DNA of 64,000 nucleotides from the NCBI GenBank assembly GCA_016192145.1, contig JACPUT010000005.1:188592-252591 (forward strand), written 5' to 3'. This document shows positions 32,581 through 43,213 of the stretch, in pieces. The notes below the pieces were generated by a model. It had not been told where the DNA came from and ran no database searches. It was given only the letters and a program-made list of their open reading frames with translations. The translations under genes and the position numbers were made by a program. Each line of letters begins with the position of its first letter. Positions within the stretch are counted from its first letter, which is position 1. The DNA is from Acidobacteriota bacterium. Lineage in GTDB: Bacteria > Acidobacteriota > Holophagae > Holophagales > Holophagaceae.

Positions 32581-34980
32581 ATGCCCACCTTCCCGCTAGA
32601 CATCAAACAGGCCCTTCGCTCCCTCTCGAAGGCGCCCGGCTTCACCTTGGCCGTGCTGCTCACGCTCGCGTTGGGGATCGGGGCGAACGCCTCGGTGTTC
32701 TCCCTGTTGGATCAGGCGCTATGGAAACCCCTGCCCTTCAAGGATCCGGATGCCCTCGTCATCCCCCACGAATCCATCCTGAAACAGCCCGGAAGCATCA
32801 CTCAGTTCTCCGCCCCGAATTTCTTGGACTTCCGCCGGCAGACCACCGCGTTTTCTGGCATGGCGGGATTCAAGCGGTGGAATGTGAACTTGAGTGGAGA
32901 GGGCCTGCCCGAGGTGCTGCGCGGGGGCATGGTTTCCGCGAACTTCTTCGAGGTGCTCGGGGTTGATCCCGTGCTGGGGCGCACGTTCAGGGCCGGGGAA
33001 GACGTTGAGGGCGCCTCCCGGGTGGTGGTGCTCAGCCACGAGCTCTGGCAACGCCGCTTCGGCGGAGCCGCTTCCGTCCTGGGGCGCAGCCTCCGACTAG
33101 ACGGCGAGGATTGGCAGGTCTTGGGCGTCCTGCCCACGGGCTTCCGCTTCCCCTACCGACTGGGCGATCTGGATCTCTATTTCCCCTTGGCCTTCGAGGC
33201 GCGGAGCATGGCCCCCGAGGCCCGCGGCGATCATTTCTTCTCCGCCGTGGCGCGCCTCAAACGCGGAGCCACCCCCGAGCAGGGCGCGCAGGACATGGCC
33301 CGAGTCATGGCGGGCCTCGCCCAAGCTTTTCCGGATAGCTGCACCGGGTACGGCGCCGGCGCGAAGCCGTTGCGGCAGGTGGCCCTGCCGGCCGCGCGCA
33401 AAAACCAGATGCTGATGCTCCAAGGGGTGGCGGGCCTCGTGCTCCTCATCGCCTGCGTGAACGTGGCCAACCTCCTACTGGCCCGCGGTCTCTCCCGACG
33501 CCAGGAATGGGCCATCCGAGCCTCCCTGGGCGCGGCACGGAGCCGGCTGGTCGGCCCGTTGATGGCGGAAAGCCTGCTTCTGGCCGTGGGCGGAGGGATC
33601 CTGGGCCTGCTCGTCTCCACCTGGATCACCCAGGGACTTTTGTCGGTGGTGGGTCTTCCCCTGGGCCTTCGCCCCGAAGTGAGCGGGTCGACCCTCCCCT
33701 TCATGGGCGGCCTCACGCTCCTCACCTGTCTGCTTTGCGGCGCCCTGCCGGCCTGGCAGGCCACGCGGGGTGATCTCACCCATGCCCTGCATGAGGGATC
33801 CAAAGGCACTTCGACCCAAGGGACCCATCGCCTGCGCAGCGCCTTGGTGGTGGGGGAGCTGGCCCTGGCTACCGCCCTCCTCGTGACCACGGGCCTCATG
33901 CTCCGAAGCCTCTGGCGCCTTCAAAACCTCCCCCTGGGCTTCCAGCCCCGCCAGGTGATGACGGGCACCCTCTACCCCCCGGACACCACCCACGATGGCC
34001 TGCGCAACCAAGTCTTCTCCCGCACCCTGGTGCAGCGCTTGAACGAGTCCCCGAGCGTGGTCTCCTCCGCCGTCACCGACACGTTGCCCCTCGGAGATAA
34101 CACCGACGTCAACGGTTACGGCGTGGAAGGAGAACCTCCCCTTCCACCGGGCCAGTTCCAGTCCGCCTACATTCACCGCATCACGCCCGGCTTCCTGGAA
34201 ACCCTCGAGGTTCCGCTCCTCGCCGGGCGCGATTTCACGTGGTCCGATGGCCCTGCCACCTGCCTCATCAGCGAACCCCTCGCCCGGGCCCATTTCCCCG
34301 GCGGGAGCCCGTTGGGCCGCCGACTGCGCATCGGGGACGGGCCCTGGATGGAAATCGTGGGATTGGTGGCCACCACCGAACAGGGGATTCAAGACAAGCG
34401 CCGGCTGCCTCACATCTACCAGCCCCTCAAAGCCTTCACCGGGCCCCTTCAAGTGGTGGCCCGCGCCCGGCGGGAGGCCCTGAGCCTGAAGGACCTGCTT
34501 CCCTCGACGGCCCGGGCGCTGGACGCCGATCTGCCCATGACCCGGATCCTGCCGATGGAAGGTCTGATCCACAAGGCCTTGGAAAACGATCGCTCCCAGG
34601 GCGCCCTCATGGCCGCCTTTGGCGCCGTGGCCCTGGCCCTCGCCCTCGTCGGGATCTACGGCCTCATGGCCTTCCTCGCCCGGTCCCGTACCCGCGAACT
34701 GGGGATCCGCGCCGCCTTGGGCGCCACCCTCTCGGACCTCCTTGCCCTCGTGCTCGGCCAGGGTCTCCGACTGGTGGCCCTGGGCCTCGGGCTCGGCCTG
34801 CTCTCCGCCGCCCTCGTGGGCCGCGGCCTGGCCTCCCAGTTCCAGGGCGTCTCGGGCCTCGATGTGGGCACCTATGCGGCCGTCACGGGCCTCTTGGGCT
34901 GCTCGGCCCTCCTCGCCTGCCTCCTCCCCGCCCTGCACGCCGCCCGAGTGGATCCGGCGGTGGCCCTTCGCAATGAATAG
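32581..34980 (+). CDS. ADOP-type duplicated FtsX/MacB-like ABC permease (copy 3)
   Basis: N terminus MPTFPLDIKQALRSLSKAPGFTL. Signatures RQEWAIRASLGA and TRELGIRAALGA. C terminus RVDPAVALRNE. ATG 32581 is preferred by analogy with the paralogues; GTG 32575 is also possible. Confidence 0.9.
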   Translation: MPTFPLDIKQALRSLSKAPGFTLAVLLTLALGIGANASVFSLLDQALWKPLPFKDPDALVIPHESILKQPGSITQFSAPNFLDFRRQTTAFSGMAGFKRWNVNLSGEGLPEVLRGGMVSANFFEVLGVDPVLGRTFRAGEDVEGASRVVVLSHELWQRRFGGAASVLGRSLRLDGEDWQVLGVLPTGFRFPYRLGDLDLYFPLAFEARSMAPEARGDHFFSAVARLKRGATPEQGAQDMARVMAGLAQAFPDSCTGYGAGAKPLRQVALPAARKNQMLMLQGVAGLVLLIACVNVANLLLARGLSRRQEWAIRASLGAARSRLVGPLMAESLLLAVGGGILGLLVSTWITQGLLSVVGLPLGLRPEVSGSTLPFMGGLTLLTCLLCGALPAWQATRGDLTHALHEGSKGTSTQGTHRLRSALVVGELALATALLVTTGLMLRSLWRLQNLPLGFQPRQVMTGTLYPPDTTHDGLRNQVFSRTLVQRLNESPSVVSSAVTDTLPLGDNTDVNGYGVEGEPPLPPGQFQSAYIHRITPGFLETLEVPLLAGRDFTWSDGPATCLISEPLARAHFPGGSPLGRRLRIGDGPWMEIVGLVATTEQGIQDKRRLPHIYQPLKAFTGPLQVVARARREALSLKDLLPSTARALDADLPMTRILPMEGLIHKALENDRSQGALMAAFGAVALALALVGIYGLMAFLARSRTRELGIRAALGATLSDLLALVLGQGLRLVALGLGLGLLSAALVGRGLASQFQGVSGLDVGTYAAVTGLLGCSALLACLLPALHAARVDPAVALRNE

Positions 34981-34989
34981 GAACACCCC

Positions 34990-37440
34990 ATGACCTCCTT
35001 CCTCCAAGACCTCCGCCTGGCCTTTCGCACCCTGCTCAAGGTCCCGGGCTTCACCCTCACGGCCCTGCTGACGCTGGCGTTGGGCATCGGCGCCAACAGC
35101 GCCATGTTCAGCGCGCTCCGGGGCTACCTGCTGCGGCCCCTGCCCTTTCATCAATCCGAGCGGCTGGTGGCCTTGGATACCGTCTGGGCCGAGAATCCCA
35201 AGGATTTCGCGGGCCTGAGCGGGCCGGGATTCTTTGATTGGCGGAGAAGCACCCAGACCTTTTCGGGGATGGCCCTTTACCGGGCGGCCACCTTCGATTT
35301 GGCCGGGGGTTCCGGCTCCCAAGAGCAGGCTCCCGAGAACATCGAGGGCGCCCTCGTGAGCGTGGATTTCTTTCGGGTGCTGGGCGTGAATCCCATCCTC
35401 GGCCGGACCTTTGAATCCCAGGATGAGGTCAAGGGGGGGGATCCCGCGGTCCTCCTCAGCCACGCCCTGTGGACCCGGCGCTTTGGGGGCGATCCCGCCA
35501 TCCTGGGCCGCACCGTGTACGTGCAGGGCGCCCCCTCCCAGGTGGTCGGCGTGCTGCCCAGGGGCTTCCACTTTCCCATGGGCCAAGGTCAGGACCTCTA
35601 CAAGCCCATCCAAGCTACGGCGGATCCCATGGGCCATGGGTCCTATGAATGGTCGGCCCTGGCCCGCTTGAAGGAGGGTCTGAGCCTGGAGGCGGCCCAG
35701 GCCGAGGCGGATCGCCACCAGCAGGGCGAGCGCCAAGCCTATCCAGACGTCGTGGAGGCCACCGCGAAACTGCAGCTGCGCCCCCTGCGGCAGGCCCTCT
35801 TCGAGGGGGAAGAAAAACCCTTGATGCTCCTCATGGGGGCCGTGGCCCTGATCCTTCTCATCGCCTGCATCAACGTGGCCAACCTCTTCCTGGCCCGGGG
35901 CATCGACCGCAGCCAGGAGGCCGCCGTTCGCGCTTCCCTTGGCGCCAACCTGGCGCAGCTCTTCCGGCACTACTTGGCGGAGGGCCTGTGGGTGAGCCTC
36001 GGAGGCGGCCTTCTGGGACTTTGGATGGCCCACCTCACCCTGGCGGCCCTGCCCGCCCTGCTCCCCGTGGCAGCCCTCAACGCGGGCCCAATGGCCCTAA
36101 GCCTGGATAGGCCCGTGCTCCTGTTCAGCCTCGGGCTGACCCTCGCGGTGAGTCTCGTCTTCGCCGTGGCTCCCGTGCTGCAAACGCGCCGATTGGATCT
36201 CACCCGTGTCTTGAAGGAGGGGGGGCGAAGCCATGCCATGGCTAGGGGAGCGAAGGTGCGCCGCACCCTGCTCGTGAGCCAGGTGGCTCTCGCGGTGATC
36301 CTGCTGGTGGGCGCCGGGCTGCTGACTCGCTCCTTCCAGCGCTTGGTGTCCACCCCCCTCGGGTTCGAGCCGAAGGGCGTCACCACCTTCACCCTGAGCC
36401 TCCACTCGGAGCGTTACCCTTCCATAGCTCAGCAACTGAACTTCCACGCCTCGCTGCAGGAACGCCTGCGGGCCCTGCCTGGCGTCGAGTCCGTGACCTA
36501 TGGCTCCAACCTCCCGGCCCTGGGGGGAGCCACACGGGTGCACACCCACGTAGGGGCGACGGACTTGGATATGCGGAAATGGGCTCACGAGACCGGCCTC
36601 CTCCGGGTGGGCCCCGGCTACCTGGAAACCCTCCGCATCCCCCTGCGGCAGGGCCGGGCCATCGCCTCGACGGACGACGCGAGGAGCCCCCGGGTGGTGG
36701 TGGTCAACGAAGCATACGTGCGTCAGATGTTCCCGGATCGCCAGGCCCTTGGAAGGCGGATCCGGCTGACCACGGGATCCGACCTTTCAGGCGTCGAAAC
36801 CCTCTGGGAAATCGTCGGCGTCGCGGGGGATTTCCGGTCCGAATCCATGGAAAAGGAACCCGGCCCCATGGTGTTCGTACCCGCCCACCAGATCGGGTGG
36901 AGGCGGATGGGTTACGCCCTGCGTTCCTCCCTTTCGGCCAAGGAGCTGGCCCCGGCCGTCCAGGAGGTGGTGCGCGCCGCGGATCCCATGCAGGCCCTCA
37001 TCAAGTACGGGAACCACGAGGATCAGATCCGCCTGCGGCTGCGGGATCGCCGCCAACTCCTCCTCCTGATCGGGTGCTTCGCCGGGCTAGCCCTGACCCT
37101 GGCCACCGTGGGGCTCTACGGCGCCATCAACTATTTCGTGACTTCGCGGACGCGGGAGATCGGCCTCCGGATGGCGCTGGGGGCCCAGGTATCCCAGGTG
37201 GTCCGGCTGGTCCTGCGCCAGGGCCTCACCTTGGTAGGAATGGGCCTTGCCTTGGGCCTTCTGGCCTCCCTCGGAGGTCACAAAACCCTCCAAGGCCACC
37301 TCTACGGCACCGCCGGCCTAGATCCCCTGGCCCTGACTGGGGTCGCGCTGATCCTGGGTGCCACGGGCACACTGGCCTCCCTCATTCCCGCCCTCCGTGC
37401 CGCCCGCGTCGATCCCGCCGTGGCGCTGCGTTCCGAATGA
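34990..37440 (+). CDS. ADOP-type duplicated FtsX/MacB-like ABC permease (copy 4)
   Basis: N terminus FLQDLRLAFRTLLKVPGFTLTALLTLALGIG. Signatures SQEAAVRASLGA and TREIGLRMALGA. C terminus RVDPAVALRSE. Length is 816 aa. Confidence 0.9.
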   Translation: MTSFLQDLRLAFRTLLKVPGFTLTALLTLALGIGANSAMFSALRGYLLRPLPFHQSERLVALDTVWAENPKDFAGLSGPGFFDWRRSTQTFSGMALYRAATFDLAGGSGSQEQAPENIEGALVSVDFFRVLGVNPILGRTFESQDEVKGGDPAVLLSHALWTRRFGGDPAILGRTVYVQGAPSQVVGVLPRGFHFPMGQGQDLYKPIQATADPMGHGSYEWSALARLKEGLSLEAAQAEADRHQQGERQAYPDVVEATAKLQLRPLRQALFEGEEKPLMLLMGAVALILLIACINVANLFLARGIDRSQEAAVRASLGANLAQLFRHYLAEGLWVSLGGGLLGLWMAHLTLAALPALLPVAALNAGPMALSLDRPVLLFSLGLTLAVSLVFAVAPVLQTRRLDLTRVLKEGGRSHAMARGAKVRRTLLVSQVALAVILLVGAGLLTRSFQRLVSTPLGFEPKGVTTFTLSLHSERYPSIAQQLNFHASLQERLRALPGVESVTYGSNLPALGGATRVHTHVGATDLDMRKWAHETGLLRVGPGYLETLRIPLRQGRAIASTDDARSPRVVVVNEAYVRQMFPDRQALGRRIRLTTGSDLSGVETLWEIVGVAGDFRSESMEKEPGPMVFVPAHQIGWRRMGYALRSSLSAKELAPAVQEVVRAADPMQALIKYGNHEDQIRLRLRDRRQLLLLIGCFAGLALTLATVGLYGAINYFVTSRTREIGLRMALGAQVSQVVRLVLRQGLTLVGMGLALGLLASLGGHKTLQGHLYGTAGLDPLALTGVALILGATGTLASLIPALRAARVDPAVALRSE

Positions 37441-37513
37441 GGCAGGCACTACGCAGGTTCAATCCAACCCCTTAGCTCACGGCCCATCGCCCTCCCTTCT
37501 GCGAAGGAACCTC

Positions 37514-39964
37514 ATGCCCACGCTCCGGCAAGACCTGCGCTTCGCCCTGCGTACCCTGGGCCGAACTCCCGGTTTCACAGCGGTGGCCTTGTTCACCCTG
37601 GCCATTTGCTTTGGCGCGAACCTCACCATCTTCGCCGTGATGGACGCGATCCTGCTTCGTCCTTTGCCGTTCAAGGAACCGAATCGGTTGGTCGCCCTCT
37701 ACAATTCCTACCCCAAGGCGAGCGTGGAAAACGATGGCGCCTCGATCCCCAATTATTACGAACGCAGGGGCGCTCTGCCCGCCTTCAGCGGGCTCGCCAT
37801 CTTCCGGCACGAGGCGGCCCTCGTGGGCGAGGTGGGTGCGACCCAACACGAGGAAGTCACTCGCGTTTCGCCGGACTTTTTCTCCACGCTTGGGACCGCC
37901 CCCGCCCTCGGCCGCGCGTTTCTGGAAGCGGAGACGCTTGGATCCGCCGATGATGTCGCGATCCTCTCCCACACCTATTGGCGTCGGCACTTCAACGCCG
38001 ATCCCACGATCCTCGGGCGAACGGTCCGAGTGGGGGGCGTGCCCAAGACGGTCGTGGGCGTACTCCCATCCGGATTCCGGTTTCTATCGTCCGAAGCAGG
38101 CCTTTTCCTGCCCTTCTCCTCAGAGGCCTCAGCCCGCCAATCCAGCCAGCGACACTCCGGTGGCGGGGCGATCCGCATGATCGCCCGCCTCGGCTCGGGG
38201 GTCTCCCTCGCCGAGGCCCAATCCCAAATCGATGCCCACAACGCACAGCTCGAAAAAGACAATCCCCAGGCTCAGATGATCGCGGACGCAGGCTTCCGGA
38301 CAAGGGTGGTGCCCCTCCACGCCGACCATGTGAAGGCCATTCGCCCCACCTTGATCTTGATGCAAGTGGGCGTCTTGTTCCTGCTCCTCATCGGCAGCGT
38401 CAACCTCATGAACCTGCTCCTCATCCGGGCCAGCCACCGCGTGAAGGAATTCGCGGTACGCAAGGTCATGGGCGCGAGCTGGGGTCAGGTGGTCCGCTTG
38501 GCCCTGGTTGAAAACACGCTGCTCACGGTCGTGGGGGGCTGTCTCGGTCTTGGGGTCGGGGCTTTGGGGATCGGTTTCCTGAGCTTGTTCGGCGTGGAGC
38601 GGCTTCCCTTGGGGATGCACATCGGCCTAGATGGGCGTCTGATCGTGGTCGCGGTATCCGGATCCTTGGTGACGGGCCTCCTTCTCTCCATTCCCATCGC
38701 CTGGTTCAACCTCCGGGGCGACTTGACCCAGTCCCTACAATCGGAATCCCGCAGCGGTACGGCAGGGCCCGCCGTCCAACGCCTCCGACACGGCTTCATC
38801 GTGGCCCAGATCGCTTTGGCATTCACCCTGTTGGCCGGGGCCGGCCTCCTGGGATTGAGCCTCAAACGAACCCTGGCGGTGGCCCCGGGCTTTCAGCCGG
38901 ATCACCTCCTCACCGGCCGCATCTCCCTCCCCCCGAACACCTATCGAAGCGGAACGGCCATCCTGGCCTTCCATGAGCGGCTCCTGGAGGCCGTGGGGCA
39001 ACAGCCAGGCGTGGTGGCCGCCGGCATGATCAACAACATTCCGTTCAGCGGGACCAGTGGATTGAGTGCCATCACCGTTCAGGGCCATGCCTTGAACCCC
39101 GGGGAATCCCGACGGGGTCATTACGCCTATGACGTGTCCGGAGACTACTTCAAGGCCCTCGGCATCCCGCTCCGAAGGGGGCGCTTCCTGGAGCCGAGCG
39201 ATTCCCACCTCCCGGGAAGGGTCTGCGTCGTCGATGAGGCCTTCGCGCGTGACTATTGGCCGCGCGGGGATGGCCTCGGGCAGCGGCTGTTCCGAGATTC
39301 CCGGGAAGGCGGCCCTGAATCGGCCTTCACCGTCGTGGGGGTCGTGGGCGCCGTGAAACAGAAGGGGCTCACCGACGAGCCAAGCCAAGGGGCCGTCTAC
39401 TTCCCCTATGGCTACAACGCCGATTCCCAGGCATTCATCGCCATCCGAACGAATCGGTCGCCGGAGGCTTTCGGCGCGGCGCTATTAAAGGCCATCCGCG
39501 GCATCGATCTCGAATTGACCGCCGCCGATGTGCGATCCATGGACGCGCGCATCGCGGATAGCCTCGTGGCCCGCCGCTCCCCCGCGCTGCTCATGGGAAT
39601 CTTCGCCGGCGTGGCCTTGATGCTCGCCGCCATCGGAACTTACGGAGTCCTGAGTTACGCGGCGTTGCAGCGCCGCCGGGAGATCGGCATCCGCATGGCC
39701 CTCGGCGCGCTGCCTCAGCAGGTCTTTTCCCAGTTCTTGAGCCTGGGGGGGAAATTGCTTTTGGGGGGCCTCACCTTGGGCGCCTTGGGCGCCTGGGCGG
39801 CCAGCCGCGCCATGGAGGCCGCCCTCTTGGGCGTCGAATCGATCCATTGGGGAACCTTTACGGGGACGGCAGGGCTCCTCATGATCGTGGTGCTCGTGGC
39901 CTCCCTATTGCCCGCGATCCGGGCCGCGCGGGTGGATCCGGCGGAAGCCCTTCGCTCGGAGTAA
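37514..39964 (+). CDS. ADOP-type duplicated FtsX/MacB-like ABC permease (copy 5)
   Basis: N terminus MPTLRQDLRFALRTLGRTPGFTAVALFTLAICFG. Signatures VKEFAVRKVMGA and RREIGIRMALGA. C terminus RVDPAEALRSE. Length is 816 aa. Confidence 0.9.
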   Translation: MPTLRQDLRFALRTLGRTPGFTAVALFTLAICFGANLTIFAVMDAILLRPLPFKEPNRLVALYNSYPKASVENDGASIPNYYERRGALPAFSGLAIFRHEAALVGEVGATQHEEVTRVSPDFFSTLGTAPALGRAFLEAETLGSADDVAILSHTYWRRHFNADPTILGRTVRVGGVPKTVVGVLPSGFRFLSSEAGLFLPFSSEASARQSSQRHSGGGAIRMIARLGSGVSLAEAQSQIDAHNAQLEKDNPQAQMIADAGFRTRVVPLHADHVKAIRPTLILMQVGVLFLLLIGSVNLMNLLLIRASHRVKEFAVRKVMGASWGQVVRLALVENTLLTVVGGCLGLGVGALGIGFLSLFGVERLPLGMHIGLDGRLIVVAVSGSLVTGLLLSIPIAWFNLRGDLTQSLQSESRSGTAGPAVQRLRHGFIVAQIALAFTLLAGAGLLGLSLKRTLAVAPGFQPDHLLTGRISLPPNTYRSGTAILAFHERLLEAVGQQPGVVAAGMINNIPFSGTSGLSAITVQGHALNPGESRRGHYAYDVSGDYFKALGIPLRRGRFLEPSDSHLPGRVCVVDEAFARDYWPRGDGLGQRLFRDSREGGPESAFTVVGVVGAVKQKGLTDEPSQGAVYFPYGYNADSQAFIAIRTNRSPEAFGAALLKAIRGIDLELTAADVRSMDARIADSLVARRSPALLMGIFAGVALMLAAIGTYGVLSYAALQRRREIGIRMALGALPQQVFSQFLSLGGKLLLGGLTLGALGAWAASRAMEAALLGVESIHWGTFTGTAGLLMIVVLVASLLPAIRAARVDPAEALRSE

Positions 39965-39995
39965 CCTAGAAGCGTCTCCAAAATTCCGAGCCTCC

Positions 39996-41348
39996 ATGCC
40001 GCGCATCCTCATCGCCGACGATCAGCCCGACATCCGGGAGGCACTGCGCCTCCTTCTGAAGGGCGAGGGATTCGCCGTCCAGACGGCCGATAGCCCCGCC
40101 ACCGTGCGCCAAGAACTGGCGACGCGACCCCCATCTCTCCTGCTCATGGACTTGAACTACCGCCGCGACACCACCTCGGGCACCGAGGGTCTCGCCTTGC
40201 TCCAGGAAGCGCTGGCCCAGGATCCGCTGCTCCCCGTCGTGGTGATGACGGGCTACGCCACCATCGAGCTGGCCGTGGAGGCCATGCGCCTCGGCGCGAG
40301 GGATTTCATCCAAAAACCCTGGGATAACGCGCGTCTGCTTTCCATCCTTCGGACCCAGCTGGAACTGGCCATGGCCCTGCGCGCCTCCAAGCGCCTGGAG
40401 GCCGAAAACGCGCTGTTGCGCGGGGAACGGGCGCCCGCCCTCGTCGCCCGGAGCCGCGGCATGGTGTCGCTCCTGGAATTGGCCGCGAAGGTGGCGCCCT
40501 CGGACGCCCCCCTCCTCATCACCGGCGAGAATGGAACGGGGAAGAGCCTGCTCGCGGAAGTGATCCATCGGGCTTCCCGCCGCGCCGCGGGCCCCTTCCT
40601 CACCCTCAACGCCGGGGGCCTCAGCGAGGGCGTGCTGGAGAGCGAACTCTTCGGACACGTGAAGGGTGCCTTCACCGATGCCCGTCAGGATCGTGCGGGC
40701 CGCTTCGAGCTGGCCGAAGGCGGGACCCTCTTCTTGGACGAGGTGGGCAACGCCCCCTCCAGCCTGCAGAGCCGTCTGCTCCGCGTGCTGGAGACGGGCG
40801 CGTTCGAGCGGGTGGGCTCCAGCCGCACCCTGAAGGCCGACGTGCGCCTGATCTCCGCCACCAACGCGGATCTGGAAGCGGAGGTCGCCTCCGGGCGCTT
40901 TCGGCAGGATCTCCGCTTCCGCCTCAATACCGTGGAACTGCACCTTCCGCCCCTTCGCGAACGGCTGGAGGATATCCCGCTCCTGGCGAACCATTTCTTG
41001 GCCCTGCACGCCGCCAAGTACCACCGCAGCATCCATGGCTTCGAGCCGGAGGCGCTGCAGGCCCTCGCCCGCCACACGTGGCCCGGCAACGTCCGCGAAT
41101 TGAGCCATGCCGTGGAGCGCTCCGTCTTGGTGGCGGCCGGTCCCGGCCTGCGGGCCGAGGACCTGCTTCTGCAGGCGCCCCGACCGGGAACCTCCCTGGA
41201 GGACATGGGCCTCGAAGACATGGAAGCCCTGCTCATCCGCAAGGCCCTCCACCGGCACGGCAACGCCACGGCCGCGGCAGAGGCGCTCGGCCTTTCCCGC
41301 AGCGCCTTCTATCGCCGCCTCCAAAAGCTCGGGATCCAGACCGGATGA
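39996..41348 (+). CDS. Sigma-54-dependent response regulator (NtrC/NtrX-like enhancer-binding protein)
   Basis: Receiver motifs (ILIADDQPD, LLLMDLNY) and an AAA+ core (GENGTGKS, ESELFGHVKGAFTDA, GGTLFLDEVG, RFRLNTVELHLPPLRER). A C-terminal Fis-type HTH is present (AAEALGLSRSAFYRRL). The GAFTGA loop reads GAFTDA. Confidence 0.9.
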   Translation: MPRILIADDQPDIREALRLLLKGEGFAVQTADSPATVRQELATRPPSLLLMDLNYRRDTTSGTEGLALLQEALAQDPLLPVVVMTGYATIELAVEAMRLGARDFIQKPWDNARLLSILRTQLELAMALRASKRLEAENALLRGERAPALVARSRGMVSLLELAAKVAPSDAPLLITGENGTGKSLLAEVIHRASRRAAGPFLTLNAGGLSEGVLESELFGHVKGAFTDARQDRAGRFELAEGGTLFLDEVGNAPSSLQSRLLRVLETGAFERVGSSRTLKADVRLISATNADLEAEVASGRFRQDLRFRLNTVELHLPPLRERLEDIPLLANHFLALHAAKYHRSIHGFEPEALQALARHTWPGNVRELSHAVERSVLVAAGPGLRAEDLLLQAPRPGTSLEDMGLEDMEALLIRKALHRHGNATAAAEALGLSRSAFYRRLQKLGIQTG

Positions 41349-42664
41349 ACGCCGCGCCCTCGAACCATGAACGCCAGGTTCAAGTCTGGGCCCTGATGGG
41401 ATCGGTTCCCGCGTTGGTCCTGGCCGCGTTCTTGGCCGCGCGGAAGCCCGAGGCCCGTGGTTGGGCTTGGGCGGGCCTCGCCGCCACCGTCGCCGCGGCG
41501 CTCGGTAGTTCCCTCCAGGTACGCCGCCGCGTGCGGCACCCCCTTCAAACCCTCTCGAACCTCCTCGCCGCCCTGCGCGAGGGCGACTACTCCTTCCGGG
41601 GGCGGGAGGGGAGCGATGATGCCCTGGGCGTGGCCTTCCATGAACTCAACACCCTCGCGGAGCTGCTTCAGCAGCAACGGATCGGCGCCATGGAAGCCAC
41701 CGCCCTCCTCCGCACGGTCATCGAGGAGATCGACGTGGCCATCTTCGCCTTCGACGCGGAGGATCGGCTCCGCCTCGTCAACCGGGCTGGGGAGGCCCTC
41801 CTGGGCCAACCCAAGGAACGCGCCTTGGAATGCTCCGCCGCGGAACTCTCCCTCGACGAGGCCCTCGGCGGACCCAGTTCCATCCTGGATGCCGCCTTTC
41901 CCGGAGGCGCGGGGCGCTTCGAGCTGCGCCGGAGCACCTTTCGGCAGGGCGGCCGCCCCCATCGCCTCCTCGTGATGTCCGATCTCACGCGACCCCTCAG
42001 GGAGCAGGAACGGCAGGCCTGGCAGCGGCTCACGCGCGTGCTCAGCCACGAAATCAACAACAGCCTCGCGCCCATCCAGTCCCTCGCCGGCAGCCTCGCC
42101 TCCCTGACGCGCCGCGCCCTCCCCGAGGGGGAATCCGCCGAGGATCTGCAGCAGGGGCTCGCCGTCATCGAGCGGCGCAGCGCCGGCCTCCAACGATTCC
42201 TGTCCGCCTACGCCCGCCTCGCGAAGCTGCCGGCCCCCGAGCGCCGCGCCCTCGCCTTGGAGGCCCTCGTGCCTCGGGTGGCTCGATTGGAGACACGGCG
42301 CCCCATCACGGTGAACCCAGGCCCTGAACTGACGGTCTCCGCCGATGAGGACCAGCTGGAGCAGGCCCTCATCAACCTCCTGAAGAATGCGGCCGAAGCC
42401 ACCGAAATCACGAATGGCGGCGTGTGGGTGACCTGGCGTCGAGAGGGGCGCTGGGCCCGCGTCGACGTGTGCGACGAAGGTCCCGGCCTGCCTCCGACGG
42501 CGAACCTCTTCGTGCCCTTCTTCACGACGAAGGTGGGCGGTTCGGGCATTGGCCTCGCCCTGGCCCGGCAGATCGCCGAGGCCCACGGCGGCAGCCTCGC
42601 CCTGGAAAACCGGGAAGCGGGCCCGGGCGCACGCGCGGTGCTGCGCCTGCCCCTCCCGGGCTAA
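41345..42664 (+). CDS. Membrane sensor histidine kinase (NtrY-like: 2 TM, HAMP, PAS, HisKA, HATPase)
   Basis: ATG 41345 overlaps the regulator stop (ATGA). There are two TM helices, then the H-box LSHEINNSLAPI, N-box LINLLKNAAEA, and G-boxes DEGPGLP and GSGIGLALA. Confidence 0.85.
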   Translation: MNAAPSNHERQVQVWALMGSVPALVLAAFLAARKPEARGWAWAGLAATVAAALGSSLQVRRRVRHPLQTLSNLLAALREGDYSFRGREGSDDALGVAFHELNTLAELLQQQRIGAMEATALLRTVIEEIDVAIFAFDAEDRLRLVNRAGEALLGQPKERALECSAAELSLDEALGGPSSILDAAFPGGAGRFELRRSTFRQGGRPHRLLVMSDLTRPLREQERQAWQRLTRVLSHEINNSLAPIQSLAGSLASLTRRALPEGESAEDLQQGLAVIERRSAGLQRFLSAYARLAKLPAPERRALALEALVPRVARLETRRPITVNPGPELTVSADEDQLEQALINLLKNAAEATEITNGGVWVTWRREGRWARVDVCDEGPGLPPTANLFVPFFTTKVGGSGIGLALARQIAEAHGGSLALENREAGPGARAVLRLPLPG

Positions 42665-42709
42665 TTCCACCGGTGGCGCATCACCGCGATTCATTTTTTT
42701 GGAGATCTC

Positions 42710-43207
42710 ATGCTGCTCCCCATCCTCCCCGCTCTCGTCGCCCAGCAGGCCCAGGCCCCTGCCCTCCCGGGCGCCGTGGAGGTGCGCCCTGGCCTTTTCG
42801 TCGTGCTCGGCACGCCGGGACCGGCGACCTTCGCGGGACTGAAGGCCTCAGGCATCACCCACGTGCTCAACCTCCGCCATGAGGCCGAAGCTGATGCCAA
42901 CGCCGACCTCGCCGCCACCCGGGCCGCCGGCGCGGCCTACGATCGCTGCCCCATGGATCGCGAGCCGTCGGCCGCTGCCCTGGATGCCTTCCGGGCCAAG
43001 CTGCGGGCCCTGCCCAAGGGTGCTCGGGCCCTCATCCACTGCGCCTCGGGCAACCGCGTGGCGGGAGCCCTCTTTACCTTCTGGGTGCTGGATGGGGGCA
43101 TGGCGGAAGAAGACGCGCTGAGCCTGGCGAAGCGGGCGGGGTTGAAGAGCCCCGTCACGGAAGCCGCGGCGAAGGCCTATGTCGCGGCCAAGCGGGCTGC
43201 CAAGTAG
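42710..43207 (+). CDS. Secreted DUF442/dual-specificity-phosphatase-like protein
   Basis: A signal peptide and a P-loop HCASGNRV of the HCxxGxR type. Length is 165 aa. Confidence 0.6.
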   Translation: MLLPILPALVAQQAQAPALPGAVEVRPGLFVVLGTPGPATFAGLKASGITHVLNLRHEAEADANADLAATRAAGAAYDRCPMDREPSAAALDAFRAKLRALPKGARALIHCASGNRVAGALFTFWVLDGGMAEEDALSLAKRAGLKSPVTEAAAKAYVAAKRAAK

Positions 43208-43213
43208 CCTCCC

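Noticed and set aside
33475-36033. An 852-aa minus-strand ORF, with similar long antisense ORFs at 27041..29341, 44486..46480, 46685..48694, 54633..56795 and 59311..60855.
   Set aside because: Each is antisense to a gene with strong family motifs, and several span two genes. All have the same Gly/Ala/His/Glu/Arg-rich composition and no domain signatures.
42662-42700. A possible terminator after the sensor kinase gene (cggtg-gcgcat-caccg followed later by a 7-nt T run).
   Set aside because: The stem is only 5 bp and is separated from the T-tract by 7 nt. That is too weak to call.
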